From a virus, in the IMG/VR virus record IMGVR_UViG_3300045988_043483: a stretch of 58,780 nt of DNA, one strand, 5' to 3'. The position numbers and the translations under genes were made by a program. The notes beneath the pieces were generated by a model, which did not search any database, had not been told where the DNA came from, and saw nothing but the letters and a program-made list of their open reading frames with translations. This document shows, one piece after another, positions 26,071 to 34,104 of the stretch; the stretch's first letter is position 1; the number at the start of each line of letters is the position of its first letter.

Positions 26071-27836
26071 TACCTCCGTCCGAAAGAGAATGGGTTTTGA
26101 ATTGCTTCTGCTCTTGCCATTCTTTTATTTCCGTAAATCATGTCACATAGTTGTGCCGTAGAATCTATCCCGTCATCATGCTTCATTTTCCCTTCAAAAG
26201 TAGCAGACAAAATATTTTGAAAATACTTTCCGTACTCTTTTGTTTGATATTTCATGTCCACAAAATGAAGTTTTCGTATGTCTGGAGCATGATTTTTGAT
26301 TCTATCCATTTTTGCAGTCTGATTGTCTGCCGGATCATGACTTGTGTTAATAGGATATCCGTCTTTTTCCCATATCTTTTCACAATCTGTACGGTATGCT
26401 GATGTTGTCTTTGTTTCCTCAAAATGGACTTCTGCTGTCTTATTATTAAATTTATCTAAATGTCTTTCCATTCGTGAAGTAACTTCCGGTATGGTAATTT
26501 CCTTATCACCGTCATTGTAGACAACATCAGTGATATAATGTTCTCCGTCAATCTCATAGCAGATAGGCATTGATACAAAATCACCGCCACCATAAGCAGG
26601 GTCATTAGCTGCAAATATCCTATCAGGTCTTATTCCTTCAAGTTCTGCCGGATTAAAGAAATTCATCATATCGACATTGAACATCTGACCTTTTCTTTCA
26701 ATAGGCTCCTGTTGATACTGTGCAAACCATGATGCCATATCGTCATTGTTCTCAAAAGATGCCATACGTCTTTTGTAATCAAGAGTTGTATATCCCAAAT
26801 GATACGGATAATCAAAATTGCTATCTCCGTTTTCATTTAGTGCAGGAATAATAACCTCTCTGTGCCGTATGCCTTTGTATTCAGGATCATTTTGTAATAG
26901 GTCTAACCGTCTACCTTGAACGTCCTTTTTCGCCCAACGTGTTCCTATCCCCAACAATTTAGCCTTTCCAGGCTTAATTCTCGGCATAAAGTTGTTGTCG
27001 AATTTTCCCCATACAGTATTTTGCCTATCTTCACTCAATGCTTCATCAATACCGCTGAATAAGTCATCATAAACTCCAAGCCCGTCACAGTCACAAGCAC
27101 CATTCAATGTTCCGTAAATGCTTCGCATGGTAAATGTTGGGTATGTCTTTTTACGGATAAGGTCTACTGTCAAATCTTTTCCATCAGTGACTAACTTTTT
27201 CTCAACTATGTTTGGATATATTTCAGCATATGTGTATGTCGGGTCTGTAATCATTTCTATGATGCCGTCATAGTAACCACCAGTAATTTTGTCCGAATAT
27301 GCCGAATACAGATTAGACCGTTCCGGTCTGTTAGAGCCGAACCACAGATTACCCATTTTTACTATTTGTGTCTTACCGATTCGTCCGGGACAAAACACCA
27401 TTCCTTCATCAAGCACATCATCGTACAAATCTTGAATAAGCTGTGCTACCTGCCGTAATGGATTTATTCTCGGCTGATAAAATCTCTCTTCTACCGGTCT
27501 GTTCTTTTCCATGTATAGCATGAAGCTTTCAAATCGGTAATGTGCTTCAATCAGAAGAGTTTTGTAATAGTCATCAACAAGGCTGTATTTTTCTTCATGT
27601 TGTTGGCTGTATTTTTCAAGGTCAAGTATTCTACCTCCTGTCCTTTCCATGCAAAAACGCTCTACAATGCCTTTAGAACGGTTTGTTATCTGTAAGCCAT
27701 AAGTTATATCCTTTTCGCCATTTATAGCCACTCTGCAGGCTTCTATGTACGCATCAATGACCTGTTCATCAATTCCCTTGCGTTGTATGTAATTGTCATA
27801 GCTGTTTACTGCCGATATAAGGCTCTGACTTGCCAA
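26067..27836 (-). CDS. terL: Terminase large subunit
   Basis: Walker A-like CPGRIGKTQ and a C-terminal nuclease-type region. Start moved to TTG 27836 (GGAGG 10 nt upstream); the track start at 27974 overlaps a better small ORF. Confidence 0.8.
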   Translation of the reverse strand: MASQSLISAVNSYDNYIQRKGIDEQVIDAYIEACRVAINGEKDITYGLQITNRSKGIVERFCMERTGGRILDLEKYSQQHEEKYSLVDDYYKTLLIEAHYRFESFMLYMEKNRPVEERFYQPRINPLRQVAQLIQDLYDDVLDEGMVFCPGRIGKTQIVKMGNLWFGSNRPERSNLYSAYSDKITGGYYDGIIEMITDPTYTYAEIYPNIVEKKLVTDGKDLTVDLIRKKTYPTFTMRSIYGTLNGACDCDGLGVYDDLFSGIDEALSEDRQNTVWGKFDNNFMPRIKPGKAKLLGIGTRWAKKDVQGRRLDLLQNDPEYKGIRHREVIIPALNENGDSNFDYPYHLGYTTLDYKRRMASFENNDDMASWFAQYQQEPIERKGQMFNVDMMNFFNPAELEGIRPDRIFAANDPAYGGGDFVSMPICYEIDGEHYITDVVYNDGDKEITIPEVTSRMERHLDKFNNKTAEVHFEETKTTSAYRTDCEKIWEKDGYPINTSHDPADNQTAKMDRIKNHAPDIRKLHFVDMKYQTKEYGKYFQNILSATFEGKMKHDDGIDSTAQLCDMIYGNKRMARAEAIQNPFSFGRRY

Positions 27837-27930
27837 TATAAAAGAGCCTCCTTCCCTTACATTTTGGAAATTTGGCTCTCTGCGTAGGCACTCTACGACT
27901 GGTGCTCTAGAAAATATTCTATTTGCTATG

Positions 27931-28101
27931 CTAAACAGTCCAAAACACAACATAACACATATGGTTTGTGTCAAATGTTATACTAATAATTTGTTCTGCA
28001 CTCTTTAATTCTTCCCAATCCTGGTCATTTTGCAGAATGGCTTGATTTATATCATTAAGGTTTTTGCAATATTGCCATTTCACCAACTTTGCTTGATTCA
28101 T
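27931..28101 (-). CDS. Small hypothetical protein (56 aa), below the ORF-track cutoff
   Basis: ATG 28101, 4 nt after the upstream stop; MNQAKLVKWQYCKNLNDINQAILQNDQDWEELK... Confidence 0.4.
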   Translation of the reverse strand: MNQAKLVKWQYCKNLNDINQAILQNDQDWEELKSAEQIISITFDTNHMCYVVFWTV

Positions 28102-28104
28102 AAA

Positions 28105-28395
28105 TTATTTCACCACAATTCTATTGATTTCCCCACATTTTGGGCATTTGATTTCAGCCTGTCCGTTGAATTTGCCTAAAAGGCGGTTGCATTTTCTACA
28201 ACGATGTTCGGACAGTTTTACATAAAAACATTTTTTCAAAGCTTCCTCGTCTTCCTTTGTATCTGCCACAACAATCGGGTCTTCTCCGAGTGTTGTACAT
28301 TCAATTTTTATATTTTCAATATTCCCGATGTTTTTAGGTGTGACCTGTCGAAACACATCACGTTCTATATTTTCAATTACTGCTGTCATGCTCAT
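28105..28395 (-). CDS. Protein with a Mu Com-like zinc finger at the C-terminus
   Basis: HRCRKCNRLLGKFNGQAEIKCPKCGEIN matches the Com pattern RC-x2-CN-x-LL...EI-x-CP-x-C. Confidence 0.55.
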   Translation of the reverse strand: MSMTAVIENIERDVFRQVTPKNIGNIENIKIECTTLGEDPIVVADTKEDEEALKKCFYVKLSEHRCRKCNRLLGKFNGQAEIKCPKCGEINRIVVK

Positions 28396-28397
28396 TC

Positions 28398-28583
28398 TTA
28401 CACCAACTTTCTACCACACATCGGACAATAATTGATTTTTATATATCCAAGGCAACCACTGTCTCCTGTGTCGATCAACACTCCAAATCCATTTTCATCT
28501 TTGCAAATAAAATCTCCGCCAGTGTATCTTTTTTTCATATATTCATCATTATTCATTGCTATATCTTTGCAAAATTCACACAT
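28398..28583 (-). CDS. Zinc-ribbon protein (61 aa)
   Basis: CEFC...CPMC pairs. Confidence 0.5.
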   Translation of the reverse strand: MCEFCKDIAMNNDEYMKKRYTGGDFICKDENGFGVLIDTGDSGCLGYIKINYCPMCGRKLV

Positions 28584-28585
28584 GA

Positions 28586-28825
28586 TTAAAACCTCGCTTC
28601 ACAATGCTCTACCATTGTTTCCAACGTTTCCTTGTCATACAAAACAGAACCGTTCTTGTCCGCTTTGTATTTATCAAAAGTGCATATCGTATTTATAAAA
28701 TTCCCGATGCAGTCCGCATGGAAATTTATGTTGTATACTTTCTTCTGCCACTTGCCGTTTGCGTATATCTTGGTGTATCCACCTTTTCTTGTCTTGATAA
28801 TGATTTTAGAACGTGACTTTTTCAT
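28586..28825 (-). CDS. Hypothetical protein (79 aa)
   Basis: Operon-oriented ORF, tightly packed. Confidence 0.5.
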   Translation of the reverse strand: MKKSRSKIIIKTRKGGYTKIYANGKWQKKVYNINFHADCIGNFINTICTFDKYKADKNGSVLYDKETLETMVEHCEARF

Positions 28826-29010
28826 TTATCAAATGCCTTTCTGCTTTCTTCCATCACTTTACAGTTTCTTGCGAAATCTCTTTCAATAAAATTTTGCGGT
28901 ATCCTTCCAAATTTTTCCAAAGCGTACTTATATACCGCTTCTTTGGAAACATCTATTTCAAAATTTTGTAATGCTTCTGTTTGTGGTTGATAATCTTTCA
29001 ATCCATTCAT
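28822..29010 (-). CDS. Hypothetical protein (62 aa)
   Basis: The track ORF is truncated to ATG 29010 (GGAGG 8 nt upstream). The track N-terminus overlaps a tRNA. Confidence 0.5.
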   Translation of the reverse strand: MNGLKDYQPQTEALQNFEIDVSKEAVYKYALEKFGRIPQNFIERDFARNCKVMEESRKAFDK

Positions 29011-29027
29011 CCTCATATCCTCCGTAA

Positions 29028-29100
29028 CCCATGCAGACGGAATCGAACCGCCGACACACATCCTATGCGGATGCCGCTCTTCCACTGAAGCTATGCATGG
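29028..29100 (-). tRNA. tRNA-like gene with CAU anticodon (Met/Ile2-type) and an atypical anticodon loop
   Basis: Perfect 7-bp acceptor CCATGCA/TGCATGG and T-arm GGCGG-TTCGATT-CCGTC. The anticodon loop is CGCATAG, which has G at position 33 and a possible C32:G38 pair. Confidence 0.5.
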
Positions 29101-29261
29101 AAATCGCACCGTAAAACCTTTTATGGCTTGCGCAAGCCATAACCAAATGTGCACCGCCTACTTGTCACTGACTATCCACAATCTCACAGTCTTGTCTGTT
29201 CTCTACTTCATAGGCTTGGTTTTTCGCTAAACATATGTGGCTTACGTTTTAGCTAGGGAAT

Positions 29262-29368
29262 AGTTGCCGTGGGAGTTGAACCCACCCGACGCAAACAAGG
29301 TACGACTACTTTTGAATCTGCAAATTCTACTCGCAGAAGTGTTTTTCGTTGACCGATAATGAGCAACT
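29262..29368 (-). ncRNA. 107-nt tRNA-like element (canonical T-arm and acceptor pairing, non-canonical body)
   Basis: T-arm GTGGG-TTCAACT-CCCAC, and acceptor AGTTGCT/GGCAACT, but 66 nt lie between the acceptor 5' strand and the T-arm. One possible fold has GCAGA/TTTGC closing a 21-nt loop that starts TTCAAAA. Confidence 0.3.
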
Positions 29369-29437
29369 ACTATCCATACATCTCCCATCGACCTGAACTA
29401 TTGCAGTAGTGCCAGACTAAGTGGAGACAAGGATAAA

Positions 29438-29505
29438 CACGCCCGGAAAGCATCGAACTTTCGCTAGAGGTTTTGGAGACCTCTTTCTGACCAACAGACA
29501 GACGT
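29438..29505 (-). tRNA. tRNA-Trp(CCA)-like, compact (68 nt including the discriminator)
   Basis: Anticodon arm GAGGT-CTCCAAA-ACCTC, T-arm GAAAG-TTCGATG-CTTTC, acceptor ACGTCTG/CGGGCGT with two G.U pairs, and a reduced D-arm (CTG-TTGGT-CAG). Confidence 0.45.
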
Positions 29506-29657
29506 ATATAAAGTTTTCACGATTTTTTGAAACTTGAAACGGTCAAACTTTTTCATTGCTTTCCAAAACAAGAGGATTTGTCACTATCTCAACAAAGCTA
29601 CTTCCTAGGATTTTCACTTCTCAATAATGACTACTGGTCGAATCCTTCATCGACGCA

Positions 29658-29739
29658 CGCCGTACACAGGATTTGAACCTGCAAGCCTTTTACAGCCAAC
29701 GGTTTTCAAGACCGCTCCCTCACCACCCGGACATACGGC
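29658..29739 (-). tRNA. tRNA-Ser(UGA)
   Basis: Anticodon arm GCGGT-CTTGAAA-ACCGT, long variable arm, T-arm GCAGG-TTCAAAT-CCTGT, acceptor GCCGTAT/GTACGGC. Confidence 0.75.
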
Positions 29740-29862
29740 AGATATGACAGTGTAATGGAACTGCCATATCTGAAATTGCTTTTGCCATTACTTTGTACAA
29801 TTTCATGCGGACTTTCTACCGCTTACGGCAAACCTTTTCCTAGGTTTATTGCCGTAAGTTAG

Positions 29863-29947
29863 CGCAGTGTGTAGGACTCGAACCTACAAGGCTAATAAAC
29901 GCCCGGCGGCTTAGCAAGCCGTTCCAATACCATTATGGGAACACTGC
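29863..29947 (-). tRNA. tRNA-Ser(GCU)
   Basis: Perfect acceptor GCAGTGT/ACACTGC, anticodon loop TTGCTAA, long variable arm, T-arm GTAGG-TTCGAGT-CCTAC. Confidence 0.8.
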
Positions 29948-30108
29948 ATAGCCGGAGGGCTTTTTACTTGGTTATCCTCCCGCCCAAGGATCTTTTAGTC
30001 AGCCGCAAGCGGCTCTATCAAGTTCCCATGAGATAAACATTAACCGGTGTATTTATCCCCTATGCTTCTGTAATAAGCATACTCGGAGTGTACTTGCAAC
30101 AACACCTA

Positions 30109-30182
30109 ATGGGATGATGGGACTTGAACCCACAGCCTATGCCTTAGAAGGACACTGCTCTTTCCATTTGCGCTACATCCCA
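30109..30182 (-). tRNA. tRNA-Arg(UCU)
   Basis: Acceptor TGGGATG/CATCCCA, anticodon arm GTGTC-CTTCTAA-GGCAT, T-arm GTGGG-TTCAAGT-CCCAT. Confidence 0.8.
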
Positions 30183-30183
30183 A

Positions 30184-30254
30184 TGATCGGTACGAGATTC
30201 GAACTCGCGTTACCACCGTGAAAGGGTGGTGTCTTACCACTTGACTAACCGATC
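30184..30254 (-). tRNA. tRNA-Glu(UUC)
   Basis: Acceptor GATCGGT/ACCGATC, anticodon arm CCACC-CTTTCAC-GGTGG, T-arm GCGAG-TTCGAAT-CTCGT. Confidence 0.85.
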
Positions 30255-30620
30255 ATGTGCGTTTCCATAAGCTGTATGCCTACATTTAAGGCGCTGACAC
30301 AGCGCAACACTTATGGCTATTTTTATTTTCGCAGGACATCCGCCAGTTACCTGCTAGTTGGGAGCAACCCAACCGTCTACGCCAATTTTATGTCCGCAAT
30401 GGCTGTGCGGGATTTTAATGTCTTTACTGACAACCCACGGATTAAAACCTACAACGGTATTCCGCAAAAACCGGGCTATCATAAACCGGTTAAACCCTCA
30501 CGAGCCTTGCGACGGCTCTTAACAGCATTCCGCTATGAGGGGAAAGGAGTGTCTCCAATGGAAAAGTATGGAAGACAATTCGCAGATGGCAAAGACCGAA
30601 AGAAGAAAACATCTGCGAAA

Positions 30621-30692
30621 CAGGACTACCAGGATTCGGACCTGGGAATGCAGCAGTCAAAGTGCTGTGCCTTACCGCTTGGCGATAGTCCT
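30621..30692 (-). tRNA. tRNA-Gln(UUG)
   Basis: Acceptor AGGACTA/TAGTCCT. The D-arm and variable region are near-identical to E. coli tRNA-Gln as I recall it. Anticodon arm CAGCA-CTTTGAC-TGCTG. The T-loop is TCCGAAT, i.e. C at position 55. Confidence 0.8.
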
Positions 30693-30997
30693 AAACTCCA
30701 GGAGAGAGACCATCTGCTCCCGGATTATTTTTTCGTGAAACACCCTATATTGCTTTATCTAAAAAAATTTTTACGCCTGTGTACAGTACTTTGAAAAACT
30801 TAGTGTTGTCGAACGCATTATTCCATTTTTCGTTTCCCACACACAGGCTGCATACACTCTTGATGCCTTGATTTCTCTGCCACATATCCAATGCCAACAC
30901 AACACCAGATATTCGGCAATAACAATGGCTTTATGAATTTAACCCATTCAACATTGTGATATGGGATAATTCGCATAATCTCCGGTAACCACATAAG

Positions 30998-31162
30998 CTA
31001 CATCCACATGAAAGTTATTCCAAATGCAAGGAACATTGCAATTGCGAAGAAAGTAACTCCTTCTGATGATGCTTTCTGTTTCGGAGCATACCATAAAGCA
31101 GATATTGCTAAAACTGTCAAAACCAACGTTGTCATTATTTTTAAAATCATGAATCCGATCAT
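30998..31162 (-). CDS. Small two-TM membrane protein (54 aa), below the ORF-track cutoff
   Basis: ATGA start/stop overlap with 31159..31560. MIGFMILKIMTTLVLTVLAISALWYAPKQKASSEGVTFFAIAMFLAFGITFMWM. More plausible than the track ORF 30948..31190. Confidence 0.45.
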   Translation of the reverse strand: MIGFMILKIMTTLVLTVLAISALWYAPKQKASSEGVTFFAIAMFLAFGITFMWM

Positions 31163-31560
31163 TTTTTCTTCGTCCTTCCTTCAATTTCATCGATCATTGC
31201 CATTACCAGTGCTTTAGCAAACTGGCTATTGTTGTGCATTTTAATCAGAAGATTGCCTTGCCGGATAATATACGACCAGTCATCATCCGTTTTCGGATTA
31301 GCGCACTCTTTATGAATTTTCCAAACCTCTGTGTAAATCTCTTTAATCTCCGGTGGCAATTCACATTTCTCCTTAACTGGCAAATCTTCTTTAGGTTCTT
31401 TATCAATCCTGCTCTTTTGGTGCTTCATCTGACAGCTAACCATTCCCGTAACGTTCTCACGGTCTCTCTTGATTCCGTGACCTTGCAGAAATAATTCGCA
31501 TTGCAAGACTTCACCACATTTTGAACATTCGTCTTTTATCTCTTTCCCGTAAATCTGCAT
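31159..31560 (-). CDS. Hypothetical protein (133 aa)
   Basis: Operon-oriented ORF with an N-terminal CxxC...C. Confidence 0.5.
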   Translation of the reverse strand: MQIYGKEIKDECSKCGEVLQCELFLQGHGIKRDRENVTGMVSCQMKHQKSRIDKEPKEDLPVKEKCELPPEIKEIYTEVWKIHKECANPKTDDDWSYIIRQGNLLIKMHNNSQFAKALVMAMIDEIEGRTKKK

Positions 31561-31564
31561 ACGC

Positions 31565-31684
31565 TTAATCTCTACCAGTGACTACCGCTCTTAAAAATAC
31601 TCCGATGATGAACAGGATATATATCCATGCAGGAGCATGTAATTGAAACAGTATCCATGCTAAAACTATGTAAATGAAAATCAT
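31565..31684 (-). CDS. Small membrane peptide (39 aa)
   Basis: MIFIYIVLAWILFQLHAPAWIYILFIIGVFLRAVVTGRD; ends 4 nt before the next ATG. Confidence 0.3.
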   Translation of the reverse strand: MIFIYIVLAWILFQLHAPAWIYILFIIGVFLRAVVTGRD

Positions 31685-31882
31685 GTGGTATACATCCTAA
31701 GGGTCTTTTTTATTTTTGAGGAAATTTGAGGGACTAAGTAGGGGCTCTTCGCTGATCCTGTCAGCCCCCCTCCCCCGGTGTGTTATGTGGCTTTTCAACT
31801 ATTCGCAAAACTAATCTTTCACGCAGTCTTTATTGACACGTCCTTAACTATCCCATATTTCCGCACGTTTCCGCTGTTGTTG

Positions 31883-32545
31883 CTACTCATTCTCATCTGC
31901 TGTATTATCTCCATGCGCTCCGGAATCGGTCAACATTGATGTATTTTGTCCAAAATTTGTGTCTAATCGTGGGAGTTGGTCGGCTGTCCTGGTTATCTTG
32001 TGTACAATCTCTTGTTGTGTGGTCTGTTTCCTTCCGTGGTCGTTGTTTAATCGTTCCGTTGCTCCTAGAGCATTCCGCAGGTTAAAAGCAACAAGTTGAT
32101 CGCAATCTGCATCATCTAACCAATTTACAAAAGCTTTTCTGACCTCGTCCATGCTCGACGTACTTGATTTAGTCCTCCATGCACTTAAAGCCTGTTTAGA
32201 TATCCCTGTTAATATCTTAAATGTATCAGCTGTAGCAGTCATATCATAAGCGTTGGCTAACTCTCTAAGATATAAATAAACCTCATACAACAGATCTATG
32301 TTGTACGCATTGTAGTTGGTTAACATTTGGTTAATACTATTATCAACTATGTTTTTAGGTATATCTTTTAATACATTGCCAGGTCTTATATAATTATTAT
32401 ATATATATTGCATAGCACCATTAAAAACCGGTTGCCGTTGTGATCTCATGTCATCGATGCCATAAGCTGCACAATAATCGTCAAAGTATTTCCGGATATT
32501 TTTTTTAATCTCGTCAATGTTTGGAATCTCTCTGACGTCCTGCAC
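31883..32545 (-). CDS. Putative terminase small subunit / DNA-binding packaging protein
   Basis: Start reassigned to GTG 32545 (AGGAGG 9 nt upstream). HTH-like FKILTGISKQALSAWR and the C-terminal RNALGATERLNNDHG resemble TerS families. It lies about 4 kb upstream of TerL, with tRNAs in between. Confidence 0.4.
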   Translation of the reverse strand: MQDVREIPNIDEIKKNIRKYFDDYCAAYGIDDMRSQRQPVFNGAMQYIYNNYIRPGNVLKDIPKNIVDNSINQMLTNYNAYNIDLLYEVYLYLRELANAYDMTATADTFKILTGISKQALSAWRTKSSTSSMDEVRKAFVNWLDDADCDQLVAFNLRNALGATERLNNDHGRKQTTQQEIVHKITRTADQLPRLDTNFGQNTSMLTDSGAHGDNTADENE

Positions 32546-33105
32546 CGCTCTGCACCTCCTAAAAATCTGCAATAAAAAAATCACTAAGCATCACTCAATA
32601 AACCTATGTCTTTTGATCTCCTCCACAGATCATGTAAAAACATAAATTTACAAAAGTGATCAGCTAGTGACTTCTGATCGGTTCCGGTCTGTCGGCTCCG
32701 GTGGTCTTGGTTACAATCTGGGCGGATGCATATCCAGAGGGGGTTGGATCTGTACCGCTGTCACTCGCACCGTGTTAACGTCGGCTCCCTAACTGCTTTT
32801 ATCATAACACAAGACCTATTTATAAATCCACAACAACCTTTTACGTATTTGATGATTTGTTGTTGTGGTATGTCTGCCGGTGATCCTGAGTATATAAAAA
32901 TCATATGCTTAAAAAATATCATCCGGTTAAATTTGACAAATGGGATTTTTTGACAGACAGATAGGTAATTTTTGCAGATGGGTACATGGTGGCAGATGGT
33001 CAGCTCTAGTATTTATATATACTTGGTTATACAATGTCTTTCTGCTCTTATTTATTTTTATTTTATTTAATCTCCTTTTATTTACTCTAATCTTATTTAA
33101 TCTGC

Positions 33106-33138
33106 GTCTACAAAATGTCTACAATTTGTCTACAAAAT
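33106..33138. repeat. Three 11-bp tandem iterons GTCTACAAAAT/GTCTACAATTT/GTCTACAAAAT
   Basis: Read directly. Embedded in a very AT-rich stretch. Confidence 0.85.
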
Positions 33139-33167
33139 TTAGCACGTTAAAATGTCGCAGTGAAAAT

Positions 33168-33199
33168 AGATCAAGAAAAGCAGGCTGTTGCACCTGCTT
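33168..33199 (-). terminator. Rho-independent terminator (AAGCAGG-n8-CCTGCTT plus TTTCTT on the minus strand)
   Basis: Read directly, downstream of 33246..33458. Confidence 0.6.
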
Positions 33200-33245
33200 A
33201 TAGATTACGATATTTTGATTTTAGCTTCTTCGCTCCGCTGAATAT

Positions 33246-33458
33246 TTAATAACAAGGGTTTTCTTTTGCCAGCTCCCAAACCTCATTAAATTTTTGCTCG
33301 TGCCGTTTTGCATACTCGTCAAAAAATTGCTGATCTGTGCACGGTGCAAGATCTCCGTGTATCTCCTCTCGCAAATCGTCATCCATAAAAGATACCGACA
33401 AATCATAATCAATGTTTACTCCATACTCGTTTACTACTGTTTTTCTCATTTTTGCCAC
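33246..33458 (-). CDS. Small acidic hypothetical protein (70 aa)
   Basis: Operon-oriented ORF. Confidence 0.55.
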   Translation of the reverse strand: MAKMRKTVVNEYGVNIDYDLSVSFMDDDLREEIHGDLAPCTDQQFFDEYAKRHEQKFNEVWELAKENPCY

Positions 33459-33475
33459 CTTTTAACCTTTCATTT

Positions 33476-33838
33476 TTAACAATATGTACTGTATCTTTTC
33501 CGCCTGTCCTGTAATCGGTTCCAGCGCTCGTCCTCTAATTGTTTCTTTTTCTGTACCAAATTTCTGTGGTATTCCGGATCCAGTGAACGAAGACTACACG
33601 CCCTAATAAATAGTTTTTGCAGCAACGTTTTGTCTGCAAATTTCTGCCGATCCGCTATCAGTTGTGCAGCATCTGTGTAGCTTTCCACCTCTGGGATAAC
33701 TTTGGCTTTTAACTCTTCCCACGCTTGCCGCTCGAATTTGTCTTTTATCTGCGGTTCATACCACGGGAAAAACGCTCTACAAGTCGATACGATCCGGGCG
33801 GCTTTCTTTGCTGTGATCTGCTCCGGTGTTCCTTTCAT
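33476..33838 (-). CDS. Hypothetical protein (120 aa)
   Basis: ORF downstream of a consensus promoter. Confidence 0.55.
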   Translation of the reverse strand: MKGTPEQITAKKAARIVSTCRAFFPWYEPQIKDKFERQAWEELKAKVIPEVESYTDAAQLIADRQKFADKTLLQKLFIRACSLRSLDPEYHRNLVQKKKQLEDERWNRLQDRRKRYSTYC

Positions 33839-33870
33839 GTCGTTTTCTCCTTTCGTTTGCTTGTAACTGT

Positions 33871-33899
33871 ATTATACATTATTAAACTATGCTTGTCAA
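33871..33899 (-). promoter_or_regulatory. Consensus sigma70 promoter TTGACA-17-TATAAT
   Basis: Minus-strand TTGACAagcatagtttaataatgTATAAT. The spacer carries the AGCATAGTTTAAT operator motif. Confidence 0.7.
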
Positions 33900-33911
33900 C
33901 ATATTATTGAA

Positions 33912-34104
33912 CTATTCTTTCATTTTTTCTAATTCTTTTGTAACGCAAGATAATACAAATTCGGAAATGCTCATATTCCGCAAAGTTGCAGCCGCTTTTA
34001 GTTTTTCTTTTGTTCCTTTTGGTGACATCACTGTAATTCTGTCGTAGTTGTCTTTCTGATATTGTGCTATGTATGATAGTTCTTTTCCTCTTTCCCGGAA
34101 TGCC
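33912..34104 (-). CDS. Ribbon-helix-helix (Arc/CopG-like) DNA-binding protein
   Basis: Start at ATG 34104 (MAFRERGKELSYIAQYQKDNYDRITVMSPKGTKEKLKAAA...). Pattern is a beta-strand followed by two helices. Confidence 0.6.

Noticed and set aside
27837-27974. The N-terminal 46 residues of the track TerL ORF (TTG start at 27974)
   Set aside because: The hydrophobic leader is implausible. A GGAGG-TTG start at 27836 and a separate coupled small ORF (27931..28101) explain the region better.
29990-30108. Hairpin TATGCTT-ctgtaat-AAGCATA as a possible extra anticodon arm (Val or Tyr)
   Set aside because: It has a 7-bp stem, and no matching acceptor, D or T arms lie at tRNA distances on either strand.
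30255-30794. 179-aa plus-strand ORF
   Set aside because: It runs antisense through tRNA-Gln and abuts tRNA-Glu. It has no RBS and a low-plausibility sequence.
30948-31190. 80-aa minus-strand ORF
   Set aside because: A different frame gives a translationally coupled (ATGA) two-TM peptide at 30998..31162, which fits the context better.
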